Part shown: piece by piece, positions 9,697 to 18,247 of the stretch
Layout: the number at the start of each line of letters is the position of its first letter
Position numbering within the stretch: position 1 is the first letter of the stretch
Source: a virus
Taxonomy: Duplodnaviria; Caudoviricetes
Direction: 5' to 3' (one strand)
DNA: 61,111 bases
Virus record (IMG/VR): IMGVR_UViG_3300016657_000047
Location: 1 to 61,111 of that record
Translations under genes and position numbers: made by a program
Notes under the pieces: generated by a model
What the model was told of the DNA's origin: nothing
Seen by the model: only the letters and a program-made list of their open reading frames with translations
The model's database searches: none

Positions 9697-9720
9697 CAAA
9701 TATGTAATATGTGTTTGAAA
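9697..9720 (-). promoter_or_regulatory. candidate phage early promoter (motif copy 1)
   Basis: Minus strand TTTCAAACACATATTACATATTTG; resembles the phiKZ early TATATTAC element and three other copies in this window. Confidence 0.5.
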
Positions 9721-9739
9721 AAGAAAGGAACAAAATAGA

Positions 9740-10642
9740 ATGAAAACCATTTTTATTAAAAGTGGCAATTATACCGAAACACCAGGTATTACTGCCGCTG
9801 GTGCTATTAATAGCATCCACGATTTTAATGTTTCTCACATGGCAAACATTAAAACAGATATGGCATTCAGGTTTGATTTGATTAATGGCGAGTATCGTCT
9901 GTATCTATCGCCTCGATTCACTAGCGGTGCAGAAATCTATCGTACCGTGGATGTGGATCTCATGTGCCGTAAAGCAGACCAGTTTGGTTTTGTATATTTT
10001 GGTTCTGTGTCAGATGGTCGAGATGTCTTGGGTGTTCCTGACATTCTGAAGTCACTGAAGATTGTCGGCCTCGATGCCAAAACTGGAGCGTTCTTTAATT
10101 GCGAGACAGGGCGTCCAGCTACTGGTAATACCATCGTACCAGTTCTCTTCTGTGTGAAGATGGCCACTGATACATACGCGTTGATAATGTCGTCATTCGC
10201 GTATGCTGATGCCCATCTAGCAAATAGCCTGGATGATGTATCGGTGATGGTTGGTGACAAAACCGTAGTGTTGGCCAACGAAGGTGACTATATTCGTAGT
10301 CAGTTTGTTGACGTACAGTTTAAAAATGTACGTAAATACATCCGTAATTCGTCCGACACTGGTGGTCATGCGGTTTTTGTGGGGCGTGGGACTAAAGTGG
10401 AAGTTGACGTTTTCCGAAATATGCCATTTGTTGATGAGGCATTCAGGAAGAACTTCCCGCTGACTGTGGATAGTAATTTTGATTACACGGTTAGCGATGG
10501 CCGCATTTCATTTACAGTACCTGAAGAACCAATGTCTGGGTATCTGTCTATCGCGATACAGACTAGCAAACTCTACGACTTGATGGCTAAGAGCGTAGAA
10601 CGTGAGTCTTTGTCTTACGACTTTATAGTGGTTGTTTTATAA
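9740..10642 (+). CDS. hypothetical protein in the radical SAM cluster
   Basis: 300 aa ORF with AAAGGA RBS; no recognised motif. Confidence 0.75.
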   Translation: MKTIFIKSGNYTETPGITAAGAINSIHDFNVSHMANIKTDMAFRFDLINGEYRLYLSPRFTSGAEIYRTVDVDLMCRKADQFGFVYFGSVSDGRDVLGVPDILKSLKIVGLDAKTGAFFNCETGRPATGNTIVPVLFCVKMATDTYALIMSSFAYADAHLANSLDDVSVMVGDKTVVLANEGDYIRSQFVDVQFKNVRKYIRNSSDTGGHAVFVGRGTKVEVDVFRNMPFVDEAFRKNFPLTVDSNFDYTVSDGRISFTVPEEPMSGYLSIAIQTSKLYDLMAKSVERESLSYDFIVVVL

Positions 10643-10650
10643 AATGGGTA

Positions 10651-10690
10651 GCTAGAGACAATAGACGGAACATAGTCTATTGTCTCTAGC
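10651..10690. terminator. perfect 16 bp stem-loop inside the cluster
   Basis: GCTAGAGACAATAGAC-(8 nt)-GTCTATTGTCTCTAGC. Confidence 0.65.
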
Positions 10691-10710
10691 GTCTTTATAA
10701 AGGGAAGAAA

Positions 10711-12327
10711 ATGCAATCACAAACTATTAAATTTCATCAAAAGAAACCGACAGAGCGCATCAAGAAAGTTGCAGAAGTTAAAGACATTCTGTTTTCGGAA
10801 TTGAAAGTACTAAATGTCATTCTGACCAATGCATGTAACCTTTCATGTAGCTATTGTTTCGAACAACATAAAAAAGACTATGGCAAGTTTACTCAGGAAC
10901 AATTGAAGCAGGTTTATGATTTCCTAGTGAGCGCTAACGATCTACCAAACCGTAACTTTCAGTTCTTTGGTGGTGAGCCGCTGGCGCAGAAGGCCAAGAT
11001 CCTGGAGTTCTGTCGCACATACAAAGAAGAGCTGTCGGCGAATAAAGAAAAGGTGCGAGTATCGATTGTTACTAACGCCCTGTTGCTGACGCCTGAGTTT
11101 ATGAAAGAGTATTGCAGTTATGACTTCACCTCTTTGGTGATTTCGCTGGATACTGATAACGCCGAAACTAATCGACGCGAATTGACGAAAGAAAATATCG
11201 ACTACATCTTTGATATGCTCGAGTTGATTCCCGATTACATGATGCGCGAGAATCACCATTGTGCCATTCGTTGTACTATCAATGAAGAAAGTGTACCATA
11301 TCTGCGTGGGTTCATGCATCGTCTTTATGGGTCGGGGGTTCGCAACTTTGTTATTCACCCGCTAATCATGGGTCGTGAACAGGGTGTAGTGGAATGGGTA
11401 ATGCCGGCGTCAGCTGAATACCGCGAAGAGAAGCAAAATAACGCAGCAACTTCATGGGATGAAATGACTGATGAGCTGAAGTCCATGATGTTTCGTTATC
11501 CGGACTTCAAGATTCATTGGGCTGAAGGTGTAGGCGTTAAGGGTGAATCCAACTGCATGGTCGGTTCGGATATGATTGCCATGGATGCCTCTGGTGATTT
11601 CAGTGGCTGCTACTTCTTCACTAACCTGAAGGAGACCGCAGGCCACACCATGTTGGGTAACCTGTTCCGTGACGAAATCTACATCGATCGTTACGTGAAC
11701 TTCCAGAAGAACTATGTAGATGCACTGGAACATGAAGAGTGTCAGTCGTGTCATCTGAAGAACTTCTGCTACCAATGCCCGGCTGGTAACATTTCTACTG
11801 GCGATAAACTGTTCCGTCCTGATGGCATGTGTAAACGTATTGTGCAGCTGTTCATTGATCTGCGTGAACATGCAAATAAACAAGCGATGCATAAGAAGTT
11901 TGCCGACATCAATGCTGCCCTCAAAGTAGAAGGCGAAGTGGTGTTGTCTCGTGCAGTACTACACTTGATGTACAAGCACTGCAACGATGAACGTCTGGAT
12001 ACCGACATGGTAAATAGCCTGACTAATTTGCCACATCATCGGTACCTACTGACGGCATTTAAGGATAACTACGATGGTAAAGTACTTCCGTCTGTAGATG
12101 AATTCTTGAGTTCCTTCAGTGCCTCCAGAAAGACTTCGGCACTTGCATTGTATTCGCACGCCTGCAAAGCTAATGGTGTTCCTATTCCGTTGGATGTTTA
12201 CGAACTGGAAGATTCCAGTCAGGATGCGGCATTCATCACTCTGCTGCATTTGTTGGTCATCAACAATAGCAGCTATCTTAACAAATACGATCCGGCACAT
12301 TCCCGTAGCCAGATCCTCGACCTGTAA
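10711..12327 (+). CDS. radical SAM/SPASM-domain protein 1
   Basis: CNLSCSYC (CxxxCxxC), FFGGEP, TN, ISLD; SPASM-type cysteines CMVG..GC..CQSCHLKNFCYQCP..C; extra C-terminal helical domain. Confidence 0.92.
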   Translation: MQSQTIKFHQKKPTERIKKVAEVKDILFSELKVLNVILTNACNLSCSYCFEQHKKDYGKFTQEQLKQVYDFLVSANDLPNRNFQFFGGEPLAQKAKILEFCRTYKEELSANKEKVRVSIVTNALLLTPEFMKEYCSYDFTSLVISLDTDNAETNRRELTKENIDYIFDMLELIPDYMMRENHHCAIRCTINEESVPYLRGFMHRLYGSGVRNFVIHPLIMGREQGVVEWVMPASAEYREEKQNNAATSWDEMTDELKSMMFRYPDFKIHWAEGVGVKGESNCMVGSDMIAMDASGDFSGCYFFTNLKETAGHTMLGNLFRDEIYIDRYVNFQKNYVDALEHEECQSCHLKNFCYQCPAGNISTGDKLFRPDGMCKRIVQLFIDLREHANKQAMHKKFADINAALKVEGEVVLSRAVLHLMYKHCNDERLDTDMVNSLTNLPHHRYLLTAFKDNYDGKVLPSVDEFLSSFSASRKTSALALYSHACKANGVPIPLDVYELEDSSQDAAFITLLHLLVINNSSYLNKYDPAHSRSQILDL

Positions 12328-12340
12328 GAGAACTTGACCC

Positions 12341-13420
12341 ATGAACTACGATAACATCCAAGACGTATCCATTTACGTTGGTCCTGCTTGCAACTTCAAC
12401 TGCACGTATTGCGACCGCGCTTACGTGAAGAATGTAGGTGTGGATGCTGCTGAATGTGATCCGGCTTTGATCGACTTCGTAGTTGATGTGGTCGAACATT
12501 CTGAAAAACCAATGGTTTCCTTCCATGGCGGGGAGCCATTGGTTTACATTAAAACCATGCGGAAGATTATCTTGGCGATTCTGGAACGTGTCCCGGATTT
12601 CAAAGACAAGGCAATCTTCTTTATTCAGACTAACGGTTCGTTGATTCTACAGCACCGTTCATTCTTCGAAGAATTCAAAGACGTGCTGTATGTAAGCATC
12701 AGCTACGACTTTCATCATCAGGGTTTGAATCGTACCGAGTACGATATTGAAGCGACGTTGACTTTCTTACAAGGTCAAAACATCGACGTGCAATTCCAGT
12801 ACGTAATTCCGACGAATGAAAAGTCGGTGTTTAGTCCTGAGACTTTTAACGCGATCATCAAGCTGTACCGCGAATACAAGATCTCGTGTTTGAACTTGAT
12901 CCTGTTGCGCCACATCCGTCGGGAAGATCGGTTTGAAACGGTGATTGCTGATGAAACACTCTACCTACAGCAGTTCTTTACGGCTTTCTTGCAGTTTGTG
13001 CAGTTGCTATACGTCTCTGGCATTAACCTGTTTATAGATGGCCATACTACCAAGATTGATAAGCAGTACTTTGAGAATCATAAGCAGTTGGTATTGGCTC
13101 CCAATGGCATGATTGTTCCGGAGTACCAGTTTATTGAATACGATGATTACGATTTTGCTATTGGTCGCTGGAAGCCCTACGTGGAAGTCATCCGAGACCA
13201 AATGCCTAAGAAGGCTGCAGACAAGATTCGTAAACCGTGTCATGGCTGCCAAGCACGTGAGCTATGTGGACTACAGTACCACTACGCTATCTTCGATATG
13301 GATCCGCCAACGCCAAATCGGTGTAGAGAATTCTATCTACTAAACAAGATCGCTATCAAACATCTGTATAAGCTCAAAGAGAAACCGACGTTACTTCAGC
13401 ATTTGGGTATTCAACAATGA
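12341..13420 (+). CDS. radical SAM protein 2 with partial SPASM
   Basis: CNFNCTYC, FHGGEP, QTNG, ISYD; C-terminal CHGCQARELC..C. Confidence 0.9.
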   Translation: MNYDNIQDVSIYVGPACNFNCTYCDRAYVKNVGVDAAECDPALIDFVVDVVEHSEKPMVSFHGGEPLVYIKTMRKIILAILERVPDFKDKAIFFIQTNGSLILQHRSFFEEFKDVLYVSISYDFHHQGLNRTEYDIEATLTFLQGQNIDVQFQYVIPTNEKSVFSPETFNAIIKLYREYKISCLNLILLRHIRREDRFETVIADETLYLQQFFTAFLQFVQLLYVSGINLFIDGHTTKIDKQYFENHKQLVLAPNGMIVPEYQFIEYDDYDFAIGRWKPYVEVIRDQMPKKAADKIRKPCHGCQARELCGLQYHYAIFDMDPPTPNRCREFYLLNKIAIKHLYKLKEKPTLLQHLGIQQ

Positions 13421-14562
13421 CTAAAGAAATCGAGATTATCGACCCCAAATACCACTTCGTTATACACGACAGTTTAGAGAACATCAACTTCGATGTGACA
13501 TACTCCGTGTTTAAGAAGTACAACTGTAAGGCTGGTTGCAAGCTTTGTTATATCCGTGATGACTTTCTACCAGATGCAAAGTTTAAGTCGTACATTCCAA
13601 TCAGCCAGTCATTGGAAGAGAAAAGTTACATCGATCGTTTAATGTCGTTCCTATCTCACTTCCATATGGCGGCCACCATTGACGACATGTGGTTCTTAAA
13701 ACACGATCATCCAGAACACTTCCGTTTCTATCAAGCAATGGACAATGTGTTCTGGCTGTCTTCGATGACTGACAATGCTGTGTTCCGCCATCTAGACATC
13801 ATTGAGAACGATATCAAAGTAAAAGGCTTACGGGAAATCTCCATTAGCGAAGAGTTCTTGTACTCGGTGAATATCAACAAGTTACTACATGTACTGTATC
13901 GCATCCAGCGTAAAGCCAAGATCATGAAGGTGAAAATCATCCTTCAGGGTATTGAAGACAGTAATATGTGGCATAGTAACCGCTGTGAAGCTTTGGTGTC
14001 CTGGTGCCGTACAAACGACGTTATGGTCGAGAAGCAGTGTGAGTATGGAAAGGATACGACAAGCTCACCAGAGGTGCTTAAAACGCTGGGAAACACCCGT
14101 TACAGCAGCGATAGAACCTTTACCGAAGAAACTACCTACAGCGAAAACAAAACTGACCTGTATCCGATCCATTCCGAGTCGTTATTTCTGATGCATGATG
14201 ACTTCTATTCGGAATTGAAATCTGCAACCTCGGAAGGTTACAGTACTCCGTTTGCCAATCTGAAGGACTTTGATGATCCAGTAAAGTTCTTGGCTAAAGT
14301 CCTTCAAGGCAAAGTAACAGACTATGCTAGGTATGTGAATTCGATTCAAGATAAAGACAACGTCTACTACCAGTATTTCAAATACGTGGTGGACAACATC
14401 AAGATCAATCCAGATTTTAACTTCATTCCCCATATTGCAATGAAGAACTATACCGACTACTTTAAGAAGATTGTGGAGAGTGGTCGTATGGTAGCTACGC
14501 AATACGGACTACTCGATCCTACGAATAGTGAAGTTATTATCCCACTGTACACAATGAAATAG
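13417..14562 (+). CDS. divergent radical SAM-like protein 3
   Basis: N-terminal CKAGCKLC (CxxxCxxC) but no GGEP and no SPASM; ATGA overlap with the previous gene. Confidence 0.65.
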   Translation: MTKEIEIIDPKYHFVIHDSLENINFDVTYSVFKKYNCKAGCKLCYIRDDFLPDAKFKSYIPISQSLEEKSYIDRLMSFLSHFHMAATIDDMWFLKHDHPEHFRFYQAMDNVFWLSSMTDNAVFRHLDIIENDIKVKGLREISISEEFLYSVNINKLLHVLYRIQRKAKIMKVKIILQGIEDSNMWHSNRCEALVSWCRTNDVMVEKQCEYGKDTTSSPEVLKTLGNTRYSSDRTFTEETTYSENKTDLYPIHSESLFLMHDDFYSELKSATSEGYSTPFANLKDFDDPVKFLAKVLQGKVTDYARYVNSIQDKDNVYYQYFKYVVDNIKINPDFNFIPHIAMKNYTDYFKKIVESGRMVATQYGLLDPTNSEVIIPLYTMK

Positions 14563-14564
14563 CC

Positions 14565-15812
14565 ATGAGCCTAACATCTTTTCGGATTGAAAAAACTGGT
14601 GAAATCTTTCAGTACGACAACAGTCTGAATACGATTCTCAATGCAGCAGGCGCGCCATTGGGTAAAGAATCGTTTTTGTTGCCAGAGCCTCCTAAGTACC
14701 ATAAGTCAGATGCACCACACACAATCAAAGTGATCTTGGGGCACGCATGTAACTATAGTTGTACCTATTGCGTGCAGAAGGACATTGGTAATCCGGCGGA
14801 GCGGCCAAAGAACTTCATGACTGGTGAATTGATCCGCAAGATCAAGAAACGCCTTGACTTGGGGCAGTTGACTCGTGTGGAGCTATGGGGAGGCGAAACG
14901 CTGTTGTATTGGTCCGACATCATTGAGATCATGACAGCATTAGATGACAAGAAGATCAGTTGGTATATCCCAACCAATGGCACCATCTTGAAATTGAAGC
15001 ATGCTGAATTCTTCAAGAAACTTAAGGGTAAGGTTAGCATCGGTATCAGTCACGATGGGCCTGGTCATGTCGCGCTGCGTGGTCCGGAATTCCTGCATCG
15101 TAAAGTAGAAGAACTTCGTGCTTTACAAGATGCCGGTATTCAATTCAGCTTTAATGCAGTGATCACCACTACTAACTACAATCTCTTTAAAATCGATGAG
15201 TATTTCAAATCGTTCCTAATGGAACATAATTTGAAACCAGTACCGATCGTTTACGAAGTAGGGCGTACTTACGAAACTGGTGCCTGCGCTACTGAGTCGC
15301 ATGTAGTTACTGCCGAACAGATTCCAGAATACCGCACGATCCTAAAGCAATACTTACGTCGCCATTACTTTGAGTCTAAGCGTTATTCGCGTTGGAATGA
15401 ATACATGCTGCTGCCTACCAATTTGTACCATTTCGGTAGTGGCGCGATTCCATATGCCAAAACACTCGCCCAGCAAAGTCCAATCCATCATTATTCCAAT
15501 TGTGGTACGGATCACCCTGGTTTGATCACATTGGACATGAATGGTAATTTGCGGACATGCCAGAACTCTAATGACGAATACATCTACGGTAATGTGATCA
15601 ACATTACCCAAGTTAACATGAAGAAGGTAGACTACGTCAAAGACGACTTCTGTAAGGATTGCTCGGTACTTCGACTCTGTAATCGCAGCTGCCCTATTGA
15701 TTTGCCTTTTAACACATTCTTGGCTAATCATCAGATCGAGAATGCACACTACTCTGAAATTCAACTAATGGCTTTCGAAGTATTGTTTGAAAGCCCTGTA
15801 ACTAAAGTGTAA
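14565..15812 (+). CDS. radical SAM/SPASM-domain protein 4
   Basis: CNYSCTYC, LWGGET, PTNG, ISHDG; SPASM cysteines CG..C..CKDCSVLRLCNRSCP. Confidence 0.92.
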   Translation: MSLTSFRIEKTGEIFQYDNSLNTILNAAGAPLGKESFLLPEPPKYHKSDAPHTIKVILGHACNYSCTYCVQKDIGNPAERPKNFMTGELIRKIKKRLDLGQLTRVELWGGETLLYWSDIIEIMTALDDKKISWYIPTNGTILKLKHAEFFKKLKGKVSIGISHDGPGHVALRGPEFLHRKVEELRALQDAGIQFSFNAVITTTNYNLFKIDEYFKSFLMEHNLKPVPIVYEVGRTYETGACATESHVVTAEQIPEYRTILKQYLRRHYFESKRYSRWNEYMLLPTNLYHFGSGAIPYAKTLAQQSPIHHYSNCGTDHPGLITLDMNGNLRTCQNSNDEYIYGNVINITQVNMKKVDYVKDDFCKDCSVLRLCNRSCPIDLPFNTFLANHQIENAHYSEIQLMAFEVLFESPVTKV

Positions 15813-15827
15813 TCGCAAGGAATCATC

Positions 15828-16634
15828 ATGTCTAAATTTCTCGAACCTTTCACTTACCCAGAAACAAAAGCCCAAGTTGCTCTACTGGAAACTAAACTAG
15901 AGCAACTTAAAAACCATCCGGTTTTTAATTACATCAGCAATATTTACGACCTCCAAACCCTAATGCAGTGGCAGGTATTTGCAGTATGGGAATTTATGTC
16001 GATCGTTAAACGTTTGCAGTGTGAATATACTGGTTTACGTTTCCCTTGGGTGCCCCCACGAAATCAACAAACTGCACGATTCTTTAACGAACTCGTACTT
16101 GCATTGGAAAGTTATAAAACAGAAGATGGATCACATCAAAGCCATCTTGAGTTTTACATCGAAGCAATGCGTGATTCTAATACCACAACCAAAGTGATTG
16201 TTGAGTTCATTAATCTACTGCGTTTTGGTCTTCCGCCAGTAGTGGCCGCAGAACGCGCGGGTGCAAATGAAGAAATTAAAACCAGTGTTTCTGCAACTAC
16301 TGAAACAGTGAACTCTTCGTCAAATGAAGTAGTGTTGAGTACTTTCTTATTTGGTTATGTAGCAGCCATACCCACGATGTTTAAAAACATCAAGACTAAA
16401 CTGAAGGTACCTGAAGAGAGTATTCATAAGTACTCACGCTATTTGCAATATTACATTGATCTAGACAGCGATGAGTTCAACGCAGTAGCTATTGAAACGC
16501 TGGTTGCTGAACTTGATGGTGATGTGATTCGTACCGAAGCAGCACTAAAAGCAGCACTCGATGTTATTAATAGATACATTAAGCTGTTTGATGTACTTCA
16601 ATTGTCAATCGAAGTTAATAAACCTCTACAATAA
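15828..16634 (+). CDS. DUF3050-like (heme-oxygenase-like fold) protein with degenerate metal site
   Basis: HP.F, VFAVWEFMS.VKRLQ, WVP, RFFNE.VL..ES, SH.E.Y..AM; ligand positions altered relative to the next gene. Confidence 0.75.
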   Translation: MSKFLEPFTYPETKAQVALLETKLEQLKNHPVFNYISNIYDLQTLMQWQVFAVWEFMSIVKRLQCEYTGLRFPWVPPRNQQTARFFNELVLALESYKTEDGSHQSHLEFYIEAMRDSNTTTKVIVEFINLLRFGLPPVVAAERAGANEEIKTSVSATTETVNSSSNEVVLSTFLFGYVAAIPTMFKNIKTKLKVPEESIHKYSRYLQYYIDLDSDEFNAVAIETLVAELDGDVIRTEAALKAALDVINRYIKLFDVLQLSIEVNKPLQ

Positions 16635-16653
16635 ACGGAGAAAAGAGCGGGAT

Positions 16654-17442
16654 ATGGTTAATTCGCAGTCACTAATTACCAACCACCCAGCATATGGGCG
16701 GTTGAATGAGGTTACTGAAACTCTGAAGACACATCCGATCTTTAGTAGTGTTCGGACTATTGAGCAATTGCGTGCATTTATGGAATGGCATGTATTTGCA
16801 GTATGGGACTTTATGTCCCTAGTTAAGCGTATTCAGAGTCAGTATGCATCTACTCGCATACTGTGGGTACCATCCCGCAATTCTCGTATCACTCGTTTTA
16901 TCAATGAGATAGTGCTGGCCGAAGAATCCGATGTTCTTCCTAACGGCACCTATTGTAGTCATTTTGAATTGTATCTACAAGCTATGAAGGAAATTGGTGC
17001 ATCTACAGAGACTATCGATAAATTCATTAGCCAGATTCAATTCGAAACCCCTGTTTCAGCCGCAACAAAACAAGTAGGTGATATCGATCCAGCTATTTGT
17101 CAGTATGTCGAGCGCACTACTAATTTAGCACTTCGGGCTGCTAATATTGATGTGCTGGGGGAATTTGTCTTTGGGCGGGAGAATGTAATCCCTGGAATGT
17201 TCCGTACATTACTTAAAGAGTTGGATTTTACAAAGGAACAATGCCCTTTGTTTATCCACTACCTTGAGCGGCATATTGAGATTGACGGTGATGACCATGG
17301 TCCGATGGCATTGGGCATGCTAGAAGATGAAGCCATGGGTAGTGAAACGCTGGTCGGACGTGCCATTCAGACGGGCATTGCTGCAATAGAGAGTCGTATC
17401 CTTTTCTGGGATAAGGCGCTTGAGACAATTAAACAGGTATAA
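16654..17442 (+). CDS. DUF3050-like heme-oxygenase-like diiron protein
   Basis: Start reassigned to ATG 16654. FMEWHVFAVWDFMSLVKR, RFINEIVLAEESD, SHFELYL.AM, FGRE..IP.MF, YLERHIEIDGDDHGP. Confidence 0.85.
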   Translation: MVNSQSLITNHPAYGRLNEVTETLKTHPIFSSVRTIEQLRAFMEWHVFAVWDFMSLVKRIQSQYASTRILWVPSRNSRITRFINEIVLAEESDVLPNGTYCSHFELYLQAMKEIGASTETIDKFISQIQFETPVSAATKQVGDIDPAICQYVERTTNLALRAANIDVLGEFVFGRENVIPGMFRTLLKELDFTKEQCPLFIHYLERHIEIDGDDHGPMALGMLEDEAMGSETLVGRAIQTGIAAIESRILFWDKALETIKQV

Positions 17443-17450
17443 CCTCCCCC

Positions 17451-17494
17451 AAAGCTAAGGGCTTCCATTCAATTGGGAGATCCTTAGCTTTATG
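17451..17494 (+). terminator. terminator closing the rSAM/DUF3050 operon
   Basis: AAAGCTAAGG...CCTTAGCTTT followed by ATG. Confidence 0.7.
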
Positions 17495-17698
17495 ACGATA
17501 CCCCTACAAGGCTCACAATCGCTCTATAAGCGTTTATAATTAATACAAAGTATAATTTATTGTATTTAAAACAAGATTGCTTATACGCCGATTATACGGA
17601 TAATAACGGTAATGGCAAAGTGAGCATAACAAGTTAATTCTATGGAAGGGTCGAGCGTTCGGCCCGATTATCGCTCGTCTCTTAACTAGGAACTAAAC

Positions 17699-18205
17699 AT
17701 GCGTGTACTCGACTATGGCATTTTGGATCTGAATCGACCAGATATCGAGATTACTCTTGATTTGCTGTATATTGAAAACCAAGTAAAGCTGTACTCCGCT
17801 AAGACTGAACTTGGCGAACCAATGGCACTGGATACCCGTCCAGATGTTTATTGGGACCAAAACACCTTTGTACCAATTCGTGTAGCCGAATCTGCTGGTC
17901 TGCCACTAGATGGTACTAACGGCCTAGAATACCATCGCATCACGTTTGATGAGGCTGGGGTAAAAGTTATTCCCGTACAAACACAACCGACTACGATTTA
18001 TCAGGTCTTGGATAAGATCAATAAGTCGTATGGGGTGCAATTGACGGAACGGGATATTCTGGATGCACCGATTATCCCTGGTCAGGATCCTAACCTTGTA
18101 GCGAATGCTCGTTCGTGGGTGTGGCAAGGTACAAGTCGTATGCCCCAACGTAACACGATTCTCACCAAACTACATTTGGATTGCTTTAAAGAATACGTGG
18201 CATAA
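17699..18205 (+). CDS. putative virion structural protein
   Basis: L..IN..YG..L...DI...S..W.G pattern seen in jumbo-phage virion proteins; AGGA RBS. Confidence 0.55.
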   Translation: MRVLDYGILDLNRPDIEITLDLLYIENQVKLYSAKTELGEPMALDTRPDVYWDQNTFVPIRVAESAGLPLDGTNGLEYHRITFDEAGVKVIPVQTQPTTIYQVLDKINKSYGVQLTERDILDAPIIPGQDPNLVANARSWVWQGTSRMPQRNTILTKLHLDCFKEYVA

Positions 18206-18208
18206 AGA

Positions 18209-18238
18209 GCTAGAGAGAAGCCGAAGCTTCTCTCTAGC
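18209..18238. terminator. bidirectional terminator
   Basis: GCTAGAGAGAAGC-CGAA-GCTTCTCTCTAGC between convergent genes. Confidence 0.85.
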
Positions 18239-18247
18239 CTTATGACG

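Noticed and set aside
10711-15812. Radical SAM genes as a DNA-modification (QueE/7-deazaguanine) or anaerobic RNR activase pathway
   Set aside because: No queC, queD, folE, dpdA or nrdD neighbours; SPASM cysteines and the adjacent Cys-rich peptide fit peptide modification better. Not fully excluded.
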